Origin: Octopus sinensis
Lineage: Eukaryota
Length of the DNA stretch: 64,000 bases
NCBI RefSeq assembly: GCF_006345805.1
Contig: NC_043003.1
Span: forward strand, 83,700,001 to 83,764,000
Direction of reading: 5' to 3'
In this document: positions 24,905-38,140 of the stretch, one piece after another
Layout: every line of letters starts with the position of its first letter
Numbering within the stretch: position 1 is the first letter of the stretch
Notes under the pieces: model-generated
What the model saw: only the letters and a program-made list of their open reading frames with translations
Told to the model about the DNA's origin: nothing
The model's database searches: none
Program-made: the position numbers and the translations under genes

Positions 24905-25150
24905 TAAGCCTGGTTTAGAAAGACAATAATTACTCTGACTGCAACACCCACACCAAGCTAGTGGCTATGTTCAGTAAGGCATTCAAAGATATTCGCAGGG
25001 ACGCAGTGAGGAATGCATGCACAAGGTTTCAGAACCATCTTGAGGCCTTGGTGGAAACTGAGGGTAGTAATTTTGAGCAAACTACTATCTCCCCGTAATA
25101 ATCTGGTTGATATTTTTTTATTATTGTATTTTGGGATGGTCATTTTTTTT
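24905..25150 (+). mobile_element. Tc1/mariner-superfamily transposase C-terminal remnant
   Basis: RDAVRNACTRFQNHLEALVETEGSNFE resembles the C-terminal xxRFxxRLEAVIxAxG motif. Confidence 0.5.
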
Positions 25151-25214
25151 TTACCAAATAAACACACACACTATATATTCATTCTTCGCTCGTTTATTGC
25201 TATTCTTATTCTAA

Positions 25215-25895
25215 CTCATGTCATGAGTTGGATGGTTTGACAGGAGCTGGCCAGGCAGAAACCTGCACCAGACTTCTGTGTATTTTGGCAGGGTTTTCAT
25301 GGCTGGATTCTCTTCCTAACACCAACCACCCCGTAGAGTGGACTGAGTGTTTTTTATGTGGCACAAGCACAGGTAAGGTCAGTTTTGGCAAGGTTTTACA
25401 GCTGGATGCCCTTCCAAATGCCAACCACTTTACAGTGTGAACTTGATGCTTTTTACATGGCATATATATTACCATACGAGTGAGATCGTTGCCAGAGCAA
25501 CAAGCTGGTCTCCGTGCCAATGGCACGTAAAAATACCATTCAAGCGTGATCATTACCTGCATCCCCTTACTAGCACTTGTTGCTGGTGGCACATGGAAAA
25601 TAAAACATTCGAGCGAGGTCGTTGCCAGTGCCGCTGGACTGGCTCCTGTGCAGGTGGCACATAAAAAGCACCATTTGAGCATGGCCATTGCCAGTACCAC
25701 CTAACTAGCCCTCATGCCGGTGGCACGTAACAGCACTCACTACACTCTTGGAGTGGTTGGCGTTAGGAAGGGCATCCAGCTGTAGAAACTCTGCCAGATC
25801 AGATTGGAGTCTGGTGCAGCCATCTAGTTCACCAGACCTCAGTCAAATCATCCAATCCATGCTAGCATGGAAAGCAGACGTTAAACGATGATGAT
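25215..25895. mobile_element. RTE 3'-UTR-type repeats (minus piece 25215-25435, plus piece 25440-25895) with about 60-bp internal repeats
   Basis: Tail tggttggcgttaggaagggcatccagctgtagaaac and gccagtgcc...gtggcac.taaaaagcacc units, also found at 28415-28930, 53395-53690 and 62670-63285. Confidence 0.7.
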
Positions 25896-25924
25896 GATAT
25901 ATGTATGTATGTTTAATCAACAGG

Positions 25925-26065
25925 ATCTTTTCAGCTTCCATCACAAGACCTTGGTTGGCTTAAGGCTATAGTAGAGGTCACTTGCCCAGTGCCATGCAGT
26001 GGCACTAAACTTGAAACCATACGGTTAGGAAGTAAGCTTCTTACCACACAGCCACTCCTGCACCT
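25925..26065 (-). mobile_element. SINE family A 5' fragment
   Basis: cttaccacacagccactcctg head on the plus strand. Confidence 0.75.
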
Positions 26066-26188
26066 GTGTGTATGTGTGTATGTATGCATGTATGTGTGTG
26101 CATATATACATGTGTGCATTTGTGTGTGTATGTGTTTGAGTCTGTGTTTGTACAAATAGGTATAACTATTGACATTATGACAAGCCAC

Positions 26189-26240
26189 TCTGTGCTTTTC
26201 GGAGACCAATGGAGTAAATAATCTTTTTCTTGAAAAACAC
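26189..26240 (-). CDS. Candidate host-gene exon (donor uncertain)
   Basis: Acceptor tgtttttgttgctaacactaag; reads GVFQEKDYLLHWSPKSTE, or VFFKKKIIYSIGLRKAQSGLS* in the other frame. Confidence 0.3.
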
Positions 26241-26466
26241 CTTAGTGTTAGCAACAAAAACAGCATCCAACCATAAAATCCTTATTCTAATATGAGGTCA
26301 CTGACTAGCTTATTAAAAACGAGGGAATACGCATAGCAAATAAAAGAACACATTTATCAATTGCAGGCTATAACATTAGCTAAAAGAAACTATTAATTAC
26401 ATTATTTATAGCTGCCTATAATTCAAAAAAGAATTTATACACAGATATGCCTGACTGGACAGCTAC

Positions 26467-26536
26467 CTCCACTGAGCAGAATGTTGTTGCTACTTTCAGT
26501 AGGATATCTGATACATGACATGAAACATGTGCAAGC
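26467..26536 (-). CDS. Candidate host-gene exon, 70 nt
   Basis: atcaatcag / GAG|gtagct; two open frames (ACTCFMSCIRYPTESSNNILLSG or LAHVSCHVSDILLKVATTFCSVE). Confidence 0.35.
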
Positions 26537-26748
26537 CTGATTGATAATAAGGCTATAGGTATAGTAATCTGGGACATGACTGTCTGTATTGATAAAGAAA
26601 TCAATGTAAACAAGCACACACATAGACCAAGGCTTATAACTTTATACACACACTTACATACTCACACATACATACATACATACATACACATACACACACT
26701 TATACTCACACAACCTTGAATATACACACACACAAGTATGAATATGTG

Positions 26749-27007
26749 CACACACAGACAACTTCAGCTTTATATATATATAGATAATGTGTGATGTGAG
26801 AGAGATTTCAGCTGCTATTTCTACCAGGCTGAAAGTTGAATGACCCCTGAGAAGCTCTCTTTTTTTTCAGCTGCTATTTCTACCAGGCTGAAAGTTGAAC
26901 GACCCCTGAGAAGCTCTCTTTTTTGTTTGTGTGTGCACAAATCTCTCTGAAATCTCTCTCACATCACACATTATCTATATATATAAAGCTGAAGTTGTCT
27001 GTGTGTG
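26749..27007. repeat. About 60-bp near-perfect inverted repeat enclosing a 59-bp tandem duplication
   Basis: Arms at 26749-26811 and 26947-27007; spacer units start at 26808 and 26867. Confidence 0.9.
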
Positions 27008-27354
27008 GCAGATTTGGTCGCCTCCAACTAACACCATTTCCTCTGAGACCAAGTTGACCAAAATTGAGAATATGATAGAGTGAGGCTTGTTCTTTCTTTC
27101 GAAGAAGAAAAAATTCAAATCGGACCATGTTAAGACCAAAAATTAATTACATCAAAAAGGTGCTTTTTTTCTATGAAAATCCCTATTTTTTACGATTTTT
27201 TGACTGCTGTGTTGCCATTTTTCGGTGTATTTCAACCAGAAAAATGTTTGCTTAAAGAGTATAACAAGCTACATAATGCAAAATTTTTAATTTTAAAAAA
27301 TTCCAATTCTAAAGGGTCGAAACAAACCCGAGCAATGCCGGGCGATCCTGCTAG
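26974..27354 (+). mobile_element. Non-autonomous Helitron, copy 1
   Basis: A|TC 5' end (tctatatatataaa), subterminal hairpin cccgagcaatgccggg, CTAG|T 3' end. Confidence 0.85.
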
Positions 27355-27733
27355 TCTATATATATACAGCTGAAGTTGTCTGTGTGTGGCAGGTTTGATA
27401 GCCTTCAACTAACTCTATCTCCTCTGAGACCCTGTAGTGCAAGTTGACCAAAATTGAGAGTATGATAGAGTAAGGCTTGCTCTTTCTTTCCTAGAAGAAA
27501 AAATTCAAATCAGACCATGTTAAGACCAAAAATTATTTACATCAAAAAGGTGCTTTTTTTCTATGAAAATCCCTATGTTTTACGATTTTTTGATTGCTGT
27601 GTCGCCATTTTTCGGTGTATTTCAACCAGAAAAATGTTCGCTTAAAGCTACATAATGCAAAATTTTTACTTTTCAAAAATTCCAATTCTAAAGGGTCAAA
27701 ACAAGCCCAAGCAACACCGGGCGATACTGCTAG
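27355..27733 (+). mobile_element. Non-autonomous Helitron, copy 2, head-to-tail with copy 1
   Basis: CTAG|TC junction; same internal sequence; ends gcaacaccgggcgatactgCTAG|T. Confidence 0.85.
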
Positions 27734-27816
27734 TCATTTGATAAAAGAAAGTATATATTGATGAATGATCATTGTCGGAATACCTTTACTCCTATATCTA
27801 CTGAATCAGTGCTAAC

Positions 27817-27949
27817 CTATGACTGAACAAGAGCATGAGACACTTAGATTCAAAAACTTTACACTTTGTTCTTTGTTCTCCACATCTCTTATGTAAATTT
27901 CCACACCCTTTATAATCTGTCCTTGTAATATCTCCCTTATCTGATACCT
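27817..27949 (-). CDS. Candidate host-gene exon, 133 nt
   Basis: tttcttttatgtgccacag acceptor, ATAG|gttagc donor, two open frames, not recognised as a repeat. Confidence 0.45.
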
Positions 27950-28336
27950 CTGTGGCACATAAAAGAAATCAACATCATCATTATTACTATTATTATCATT
28001 ATTATTTTTTTTTCCTTCTTTCTTCAAATTTTCTTCCATTTCTCACCGAGTGTTTTCCATACACCTAAGGCAAAGAAGCTTATTGTATGCATTCCCAGAT
28101 TACACATGCAAATTCACAGGTAAAATATGTATTTAAAAAATTAATAAATAAATAAATTCATGAATGGGTGTTGTTTTCACAATGATAATGCTCCTCTCAG
28201 TACATGAGTTGTTCTAGTTAACACGATTGCTCTTCTCATTATATGAGTCATTCCAGTTTGCTCTTCTCAGTACAAGAGTCATTCCAGTTTATTATTATTA
28301 TTATATTATTATTATTATATTATTATTATTATTATT

Positions 28337-28374
<38 letters not shown>

Positions 28375-28414
28375 TATTATTATTATTATTGTAATTATCA
28401 TTATTATTATTCAT

Positions 28415-29650
28415 CGCTTAAACGTCCGAGTTGGACAGTTTGACTGAGGACTGGTAAGCCAGGAGGTTGCACCAGGCTCCAATCTGATCTGGCGAGGTTT
28501 CTACAACTGAATGCCCTTCCTAAGCTAGCCACTCCAAGAGTGTAGTGGGTGCTTTTTATTTTTCACCGGCACGGGGGCCAGTCAGGTGGCCCTGGTATCG
28601 ACCATGCTTGAATGGTGCTTTTTTACGTGTGCTTTTTTACATGGTGCTTTTTTACATGTCACTGGCATGGAAGCCAGTCAGGCAGCACTGGTATCAACCA
28701 CGCTTGAATGGTGCTTTTTATGTGCCCCCCCCCCCCGGCATGGTAGCCAGTCAGGCAGTTGGTGCTGTCATCGATTGCACACAAATGGCGCTTTTTACGT
28801 ATCACTGCCACAGGTGCCAGTCTGGCGGTACTGGCATCAGCCTTGACTACAATTTTGTTTGATTCAACAACAGGTTTTCTCAAGCACAGCATATTGCCCG
28901 ACGATTGAAGGATACTTTTAAACAGGCCAGTTATGCGACACTGGCATTGGCCATGGCTACGATCTCACTTGATTTACTGGGTCTTCTTAATCACAGCATA
29001 TCACCAAAGGTCTTGGTTGCTTGTCATTGTTTCTGTGAGTCCCAACATTCAAAGGTCTTGCTTCACCACCTCATCCCATGTCTTCTTGGGTCTACCCCTT
29101 CCACAGATTCCTTCCACTGTTAGGGTGTGACACTTTTTCACACAACTGTCCTCATCCATATGCAACACATGACCAGACCAGCACTGTAGTCTCTCTTGCA
29201 CACCACATCTGATGCTTCTAATCTCCAACTTTTCTCTCAGGGCACTCACATTCTGTCGTATATGCACAACTGACATTACATATCCAGCGGAGCATATTAA
29301 CTTCATTTCTTTCAAGCTTACACATGTCCTCAACAGTCACAGCCATGTAGCATGACTGTTCACACACATGCATCATACAGTCTACTTTTCACTTTGAGTG
29401 AGAGGCCCTTTGTTACCAGCAGAGGTAGGAGCTCCTTGAACTTTGCCTAAGCTATTCTTATTCTAGCAGCTACACTCTCAGTGTGTCCACTCCCCACTAC
29501 TGACTTGGTAACCTAGGTAATGGAAACCACCAACTACATGGCATGTGATGGAATCTGCTTTCTGTACATCTTTGGTGTTTATTGCACCTGTGCATCTGCC
29601 ACACACAAAAACTATCTTTCCATTTAACCTTCCTTTGATATTGCTGCATC
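28415..29650 (-). mobile_element. RTE-clade LINE 3' fragment with repeat-bearing 3' UTR
   Basis: FKELLPLLVTKGLSLKVK...LREKLEIRSIRCGVQER...GHV...GRGRPKKTWDEVVKQDL. Confidence 0.85.
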
Positions 29651-29677
29651 TCTTATGTGTCCATAGCTTACACTTAT

Positions 29678-29739
<62 letters not shown>

Positions 29740-29750
29740 TTATCATTATT

Positions 29751-29781
<31 letters not shown>

Positions 29782-29809
29782 TATTATTATTATTATTATT
29801 TTCTCTTTA

Positions 29810-31020
29810 CACAGATTTTGTTGAAGCTCCTAGTCTTGCATGCATGGCAGGCTTATTAGCTGCAGCCAACAGTACTATGCTATTCATTCTTTTCAGCTAC
29901 CTAATACTTTCCTGATTATTTTGGCCATGCCAAGGCGGCAAACCTTTTGTAAAAGTTCTACTGGGCATTATATTCCAATTTCCTTTATATTTCTCTTTAT
30001 GCCTTCTGATACTGTTCCCGAGGACCAAGCAATAATTAGCACTATCTTCACTTTCTTCAATTTCCATAGCCGGGCTATTTCATACTTAAGAGGGTTGTAT
30101 CTATCTATTTTTTCACTTTCCCTTTTGACTATTTGTGGGTCAAAGGGTCATGCAACATCAACTATATAGCATATGTGGTGCACTTTGTCCACCACCACTA
30201 GGTCCAGTCTGTTATCTTCTAGCACCTGATCTGTTTGGATTGGGAAATCCCAAAGGATTTTGCTAGTCACTGACTCTACCACTCTCTGCAGTTTGTGCTC
30301 ATACCATGTCTTGCCTCTCTCTAGCTTCCACCTTTTGCACAGTTTCCAATGTAGCATTTTCGTAGTGGTTTGGGGCAAGTCTTGGGCATTCATTTGGGAT
30401 ATGGGCAATGGTTTCATCCACACTATTACTGATGAGACACAGCAGTGACACTTGTTTTTTCCTCAGGTTGACCCTCCAGTTCATGGCCAAAGCTTGGTTC
30501 CGCACTGCCAGTATAGTGCTCTTGGTCTCTTTTTCTTTTAAGGTTCCTTTCATCAGACAATCCCACCTATATTTTCCCACAACTTCTGTTGCGCCTATAT
30601 GGAATTGATTGTGTAGTCCCTTCTTACATAACTCTTCTTCATGTCCTTTTTTACCTCTTCCTTTGTTATCCCTTTTGTTTCTGTTCTCAATACTCCCTTG
30701 TTTCTAACTGTCACTAGTAAGGTTTCCTTACTTCGGGCTAGTATCTCATTAAGCTCTCGAGTTTGATACGCTCACAGTCTGCCACACTTATCAGTCCCCT
30801 TCCTCCATTTGCTCTCTTCATGTATAAGTGATCAGTGTCTGCACGTGGATGATGGACTCCATGCATCATTAAGAGCTTTCTTGACTTCCAGTCCATCTCC
30901 TTTTGCTCCTCCTCTGACCACTTCAGGATTCCAGTGCCATACCGAACTATTGTGACTGCACGTGAGTTTATTGCCAAAATTGTTTCTGGCATTCAGCTTT
31001 GAAGCCAGTATTTTTCTCAC
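29810..31020 (-). mobile_element. R4-clade family B, degenerate 3' part
   Basis: AINSRAV...HPRADTDHLYMKRANGGRGL, LHWKLC, WDFPIQTDQ, IVDVACPFD; flanked by (TTA)n. Confidence 0.85.
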
Positions 31021-31037
31021 TCACCACAGGCACTCTT

Positions 31038-31090
<53 letters not shown>

Positions 31091-31128
31091 TGTTTTAGTT
31101 GTTGTCATCATCATCATCATTATTATTA

Positions 31129-31282
<154 letters not shown>

Positions 31283-31691
31283 TTTAACTCTGATTTGTTC
31301 TTATTTCTGATAGAATTTATGTGGATATCTACCTCATATATCAACAAGGTTTCAATAATCGTTCAAGCGGTCAAAACCCCTTCTGATAATTTTTCCTGTC
31401 CCTAAGAGGTAAACTTTCTCAAGAAGTTCTACTGGACATTGTATTCCAATCTCCTTCAACCATTTGTCTATTTCAGGGATCAGCAAACTGGTGTAAATTT
31501 TCCCCAAGTGGAGTAAAAATGAAATTCTTGCAGGTAATAAGTAAAATTATATGAAAAGCATGCTCCTTGTTTGACAGAAAATTTTCTTCTGACAACAATA
31601 TAATTGACATGTTTAAGAGACATCACGCTATTTTGAATTACAAACAATTTGGTTGCTAAATCATATTATTTGTCAGTTGTCTATTACTCAC

Positions 31692-31759
31692 CTTAACATT
31701 ATTTTTGACACATGGTTTTTGCTTTGTTTCAGTAGATTTAAGTAGGTATTCAATTCAAC
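31692..31759 (-). CDS. Candidate host-gene exon, 68 nt
   Basis: Strong donor AAG|gtgagta; VELNTYLNLLKQSKNHVSKIML; acceptor only moderate. Confidence 0.3.
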
Positions 31760-31909
31760 CTTTTAACAAAATTGATTGAACCCTGAAGACTGTATCTAAA
31801 TGCCCCAATTTTGATGTAATTGTAACAAAAATGAAACAACATCATTTCTCCAAAACCTGAAGTGAAAAAGTTTCTAGAAAATTCGTTTTGTATCATAATG
31901 AGGACATTA

Positions 31910-32429
31910 CTGTAAATCCTCGAGTATAATCCGCATTTTTTCCCCAAAATTTAAAGGTCAAAATCTCTAGTGCATACTATATTAAAAATGAAAAATATGT
32001 TCTAAGCAATGTCTGAGTCTCTATTTGCTGTCCGGCTATGTTTATTCAGATGCATTTTGTGATGTCAGGCGCAAAAATACCTTAAGCTAAGCCTGAAAGC
32101 AATGAAGTCATAAAAGAATCATCCATAACTTGCAATAAGCAACATTTATTAAATGTTATTACTGTTATTTCTTTATTTTCTGCAAACAAAATGCACAAAA
32201 AAGCTACACATTTGCATTATGTTATATATACAATAATAATAAAGGAAGTTACCATATACTGTTTTACAAACCAAGGACATTATATAGACCTCCTGGATCA
32301 AGTTAGAGAAGAGGTGCGTATTATACACAAGGTTTAGGTTTTTCAGTGGTAAATAAAAATCTCATAAAAATCCCATAAAAATCTCTTGCATATTATACTC
32401 AAGGGCAGACTATACTCGAGGATTTACGG
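31910..32429. mobile_element. pogo/Tigger-like MITE
   Basis: TIR CTGTAAATCCTCGAGTATA / TATACTCGAGGATTTACGG with TA on both sides. Confidence 0.8.
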
Positions 32430-32619
32430 TAATTTATTTTATCATGTTTGTTTTATACTTTTTCATATTTATAACTGTATTCTCCATTTAAACAGATTCA
32501 ATAAACCTTTTGAATTCAAAGAATCAATGAATTTCTTCCTTTCAAATCAAGGGGGTAACATCGGTGTAAATAAATATATTTTGGTGCAATTGGTTAAAGA
32601 AGTTCCCCAACCCCTGGTC

Positions 32620-33900
32620 TATATCATTACTTATGGTCCTTAATGCTCCAAATCATATACAATTTCCATACTTCAATTTCTTACAATTTCAAATTTTAAG
32701 TGATTGTATTATTTTACCATCCTGGAATCAAATAGCTGTGATGGATGAATTAGTAAGCAATATCACTTTTCCTTCTCTATTATTGTTACATCTGGCTTAT
32801 TATTTTTCTATAGCTTTTTATCTGTTTGAATAGGGAAATCCCATAAAGGACTTGCATTTCTCCAACTCAAACACTCTTTTGACTTGATGATCATACCAAG
32901 TACTTCCAGATTCAACACCCCCACTTACTAACAAAGTGTCCAGTGCAAAGCTTTCACAACTTGGTTATGATTTCATTTCTTATATTCTCCCTGAACTAAC
33001 TTGGGACATTTTACAACAATGTGTGTCATTGTTTCATCCCAAATTTCACACATTTTGCTGACAGCTTCCCCTCACATACATATTTTCTCAAGTTGTTTGT
33101 CTCTAATGACTGATCTTGAGCTGTTATAATAAGCCTCCCAGTTTCTTTTTTGAATTGCCCTTTTTTCAACCAAGCCTTGATTTTTGTTCTACATACATTC
33201 TCAGTGGCTTTCCAAAATTGACCATTCAAAGGTTTCTCTTCAATCTGTTTACCATGCTCTCTTTGAATTTCAATCTCGTTTTTTTTCTCCTATTCCATAC
33301 TTGGCCACCTGATCTTTATTTAATTCTTTTGAGGATTGGCACAATTTTTATTATAATTACCTTTTTACACGATTCAGTCCCACTCTATATGCATTTTATT
33401 GTCTTGTACCATCCCCAATTTTTTTTATATGAGCCCTCAGTGGTCAATAAAGAAAAGACTGTTACTATTATTTACTTTTAATCTGCATGTTTGTTACAAT
33501 CACTTGCTGAGACATACCCCGCATCCTAGGTCAAGTGAAGGATAAGAGATATTACAGTATGACTGAAAGCTTGGGGAGGGGAAATGGCAGGGGTAGTAGC
33601 AAAATATCTTCATGTAATACAGCACAGACATTTAAATTGAAAAGGTTTTTCTAAGGATGTGGACAGTACTTGTTAGCACAATCTTTTGAATTCCTCTGAG
33701 ACATGGTTCTCCAGGGATATTGTCTAAATGTTTTTGACATCCCTTTCTTATCATACCTAGGGCACTCACAATAACAGGAACAGCTCTTGCTTTAAGATGC
33801 CACATCTTTAATATTTCAGTTTCCAGGTATTTATACTTACTTAATTTGTCAAATTCCTTTACAGATATATTTTTATCAGTGGGAACACTTACATCTATTA
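32620..33900 (-). mobile_element. Two degenerate R4-clade fragments (32620-33350, 33480-33900)
   Basis: GQFWKATE...WLKKG..KKET..AQDQ; LIDVSVPTDKNISVKEFDKLSKY...IQKIVL. Confidence 0.8.
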
Positions 33901-33910
33901 GTCTACAAGT

Positions 33911-33942
<32 letters not shown>

Positions 33943-33947
33943 TATTA

Positions 33948-33995
<48 letters not shown>

Positions 33996-34004
33996 GTGCA
34001 TTGA

Positions 34005-34205
34005 GCTGGCTGAATCGTTAGCATGCCAGACAAGGCTTAGCAGCATTTCATCCGACTTTACATTCTGAGTTCAAAATCTGCCATGGTCGGCTTTACCCTT
34101 CATCCTTTCGGGGTCTATAAAATAAGTACCGGTTGAACACTGGGGTTGGCATTATTGACTTAGCTGCTCCCCTGCAGTTGCTAGCCTTGTACCAAAATTT
34201 GAATC
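34005..34205 (+). mobile_element. SINE family B (CpG-decayed); further copies at 35485, 35735, 36345(-), 38435, 38590, 42790(-), 48040, 51908, 52668, 52890, 53690
   Basis: Shared core gagttcaaa..gtcgactttgcctttcatcctttcggggtcgataaaataagtacc. Confidence 0.8.
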
Positions 34206-34239
<34 letters not shown>

Positions 34240-34559
34240 AAGGTGGTGAAGCGCAGGTCAAGTACTAGGGTCTATGTAATGACTAAACGCACCACTGAAA
34301 ATTTGAGGCTTTGTGCCTAGAGTAGAAAGAAGTATAGGTGTTGTTGTTGTTGTTGTTGTTATATATGTACTTCTTGCATTGTTTTATATGAGCAGTTCTA
34401 AGTCTCACCTAAAGACCTCAAGTAACACTGAGTTGGACCTTTTATTATGGGTGTTATTCATGGTTAGTACTGATATGTAATGCAGAAAGGAAACCAGAAT
34501 CTGAGAACTAAGATTCTGTTAAACTTTTAATATTTGTTTTGAAAGAGTTTGAAGAGAAT

Positions 34560-35435
34560 CAGGTATTTTCATGTTAACAATGTTTTTCTCAGGTATAGAG
34601 GGCTAGTGGTGGGCAAGTGCAATGATGTTCTGAGGGAGACTCTGGACATCAATGGGAATCAGCCGGCTGGTCTATTCTGGAGAACTTTCAGGCCAGGGCC
34701 TGTGGATAATTTCCACAAATCCTTGGTCTGGCAGTGCTACCGGGGATCATTGTCAGTTCAGGATAAACTCTACAGGCATGAAGTGCTTTCAGTTGGGCTT
34801 CCCCAAGATGCCTGAAGAGCAAAGGAAACTGTCCTGCAAGCTCTCATCCAGTGCCTGTGTATTTCTGATTGTGGATTTATGTCAAACACCTGCTATCATG
34901 TGTAGGATGGATCTGACTATTGGCTGAGTTCATTGTGAAGATAATCCTACTACCTTTCTTTGGCCAGGAAGGGCAGGTTGTCTTTCTTTGCTTGGTAGCC
35001 TTAGCAAAAGAGTTCATGTAGTGGGCCAGATTGAAAAGGTTGAAGACAGATATTTTCCTTTTGGCCAAGCCCTCATCAACTTTTTCAAGTTTCACTGGAA
35101 AAAGAAAGAGAGGGTGGAGAGGGAAGGGCTGCCTCCTAACAATTTTGTTAAAAGGGGAGTGAATGCTGCAAGAATGGTCCAAGTGAATGAGCCTACTGTA
35201 AACATGCACCTGTAGACAATATGGAGAAAACACTTAATCTAGTGGTCAGGGCCTCCATGGTTTTGTGGGGTTCCACAAGCAGCCCTCTTTTAGGGAATTA
35301 TTCTTTGTTAAAATTTATATTTTTGTAGTTTTTTTACTTTTTTACATGCTTTATATGTAACCCCACATTGTATTGTCCTGTACCTTCTCCACCATTTTTT
35401 GTGAACCCTTAGTGGTTAATAAAGAAAACTATTAT
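34560..35435 (+). mobile_element. L1/Tx1-like LINE 3' remnant; relatives at 49780-50300 and 62170-62660
   Basis: FHKSLVWQCYRGSLSVQDKLYRH...ETVLQALIQC, ending in aataaag and an A-rich tail. Confidence 0.65.
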
Positions 35436-35815
35436 TTTTATCATCATCATCATCATTATTACCTTTGTTATTATAATCAAAAGCAGTGAGCTGGCAGAAT
35501 CACTAGCATGCCAAATGAAATGCTTAGCAGCATTTCATCCAAATTTACATTCTGTGTTCAAATTCTGTTGAGTTCGACTTTTCTTTTCACCTTTTTGGAA
35601 TCAATGAAATAAGTACCGATCAAACAGTGGGGTCAATGTAATTGACTTGCCCTTTCCACCAAAATTTCAGATGGAAAAGATTATCAACATTATTGCTATC
35701 ATCATTATTAAGACAGCAAGCTGGTACATGTATTCACTTCTTGGACAAAATTCTGAGCAACATTTAATGCTTTACATTCAAATCCTGCCCAGGTCAACAT
35801 TGTCTTTCATCCTTT

Positions 35816-36113
35816 TGTCTTCTTGTCTTGTCTTGAGACAGCATTCACCTGGGGTGGGTTGAGCTGGCTTCATTCATCCTCAATGCTGCATCTCTCACAA
35901 ACGCCAACCAGACCTGGCGGTTTGAGGCAAACGACCGTGTGATCTCCAACCACTCCTTATTCCAGCGGCGAACGTCATAGATATGGGGGCCTAGGTTGGG
36001 TTCCAGATCAGCCTTGACTGTCATCGGCCAAGTTTTTCGCTGTCCACCACATCGCTTTCACCAACCCTGAAGGGGAGCTGAGGCAATTGCTTCGTAGATG
36101 AATTCTCCTGGTT
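35816..36113 (-). mobile_element. RTE-clade 3' end with (CAAGA)n tail, inserted in a family B SINE
   Basis: GGQRKTWPMTVKADLEP..GP...RRWNKEW...NRQVW..FVRD; the SINE core is split on either side. Confidence 0.75.
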
Positions 36114-36907
36114 GGGGGTCAATAAAATAAAATACCAGTCATGTTCTGTGATTGATGTAATCAACTTATCCCTTCACCTCAAAATTGATGGCCTTGTGCA
36201 AAATCTGGAGAGAAATACAATTATTATTCTCATCTGGCAGTGCTCCAGCATGGATACAGCTGACACATATAAAAGAATAAAAGAATAAAAGAATTTGGTG
36301 CACCAATGGTAAGTTAAAGAAATTATTATTGTTATTGTTGCTTATCCATCTTTACTCTCTGGGTTTAAATTCCGCTGAGGTCAACTTCACCTTTCATCCT
36401 TTCAGGGTCCCTAAAATAAGTACCAGTAGAGCACTGGGATTGATGTAATTGAATTAACCCCTCCCTGAAACTGCTGGCCTTGTACCAAAATTTGAAACCA
36501 TTATTATTATATGTAGCTGCTGCTACTACTACTACTACTATTGAACTCAAACTTTGCATTATACTTTCCAACACCTCTTTTGTGTATACTATTTAGTAAA
36601 ATTTTAAATTTTCATTTTCCACTTGAAAGAGAAATTTTTCTTTCAAGTGGAATATGAAAGAGTTTTTTTTGTACCTCATTATAAAATACTTTAATGAATA
36701 TCAAAATATAAAATATACATGATATAGCAATTTAGTATGTGAGTGTGACATTGTAACATATTGTAACTTTTACAATTAGTCGCATACCAAATTCTTTTAT
36801 ATAAATTATTTGTATTTTATATTTGATATATTTTAAGTTAAATGTCTCATGAGGACATTTTCAAATTTATTGTGCCTTCAACACTATTTGTTGACAAAAA
36901 TATTAGT

Positions 36908-37275
36908 ATCTTATCTCTCTTTTTACTCTTTTACTTGTTTCAGTCATTTGACTGCGGCCATGCTGGAGCACCGCCTTTAGTTGAGCAAATCGACCCCGAG
37001 ACTTATTCTTTGTAAGCCCAGTACATATTCTATTGGTCTCTTTTGCCAAACCACTAAGTGACGGGGACATAAACACACCAGCATCGTTTGTCAAGTAATG
37101 CTAGGGGGGACAAACACAGACACACAAACATACACACACACATATATATACATATATACGATGGGCTTCTTTCAGTTTCCGTCTATCAAATCCACTCACA
37201 AGGCTTTGGTCAGCCCGAGGCTATAGTAGAAGACACTTACCCAAGGTGCCACGCAGTGAGACTAAACCTGGAACC
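36908..37275 (-). mobile_element. SINE family A
   Basis: Aligns to 7255-7648; further copies at 52205-52610(-) and 58760-59198(+). Confidence 0.88.
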
Positions 37276-37499
37276 ATGTGTTCTGCTTTGTTATGACCAG
37301 AAATGGCTCTGACAAAAATAGCATTAATCTTTTTAGGTTGTTCAATTTTTCTCAACTGATCAATAGATCAATTGAGTAAGCCTATCAATAATATACCTAT
37401 AATGACTACTGGAAACAGCTATAAGCCGAATTTGCTCTAATAAAGGGAAAATGTGTAATTCCCATTATTTAGTTTATTAGGATATTTCACAACTTGAAC

Positions 37500-38140
37500 T
37501 GGGAACATCATGAAGAAATATGGGACCAAACTTTTGAGCATTAAAGATAACAAAAAGATCATTCAATGTTGAAAACATGATAAAAGCATTGTCCCTGAGA
37601 ATATTGTTTTGCAATGAAAATCCTTTAAGGGTTTTTTTGTATGAAAGAAGCTATCGTAATTATAGAAGAAGTAGATTTAATGGGCTATTTTCATATTAAT
37701 AGCAAGAGAGGAACAAATAAAATTTTTGTACTTCCTGAACCACTATGTCAACACTCAGATTATTTATTACAGTTGTAACAATTGATCTTTGAGTGGAATC
37801 TGAAACAGTTGTAAAAATGTTGTAAAAATGGTACTTGATGACATTAATATTATTAGACGGGCATATCTTGGAATACCTTTCATCTTTATGCACACATGAA
37901 TGATAAAAAGATTCCTTTGGAGAACAATGCTATTGTTTCTGAATTTTATTAATCCCCAAAAATATATATAAGTTAATGAAAATAATCTATAATTTTTTAC
38001 TATTCCACTTGAAGAGAATTATTAGAATTACATTAATCACTTTATGAAGTCTATGATACAACATTAGTTAATATGTTGTTTATTGTGAATTATTACAATT
38101 AACATTCCTATGAACCTGTTCAGCAGCTAATGGTAGCTGC
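37500..38140 (-). pseudogene. Inverted copy of the ancient Gypsy gag/protease remnant
   Basis: Reverse complement aligns with 40560-41250 and 42000-42760. Confidence 0.6.

Noticed and set aside
36617-36652. 14-bp stem hairpin as a terminator or miRNA
   Set aside because: Too short for a pre-miRNA; intrinsic terminators are not relevant in this context.
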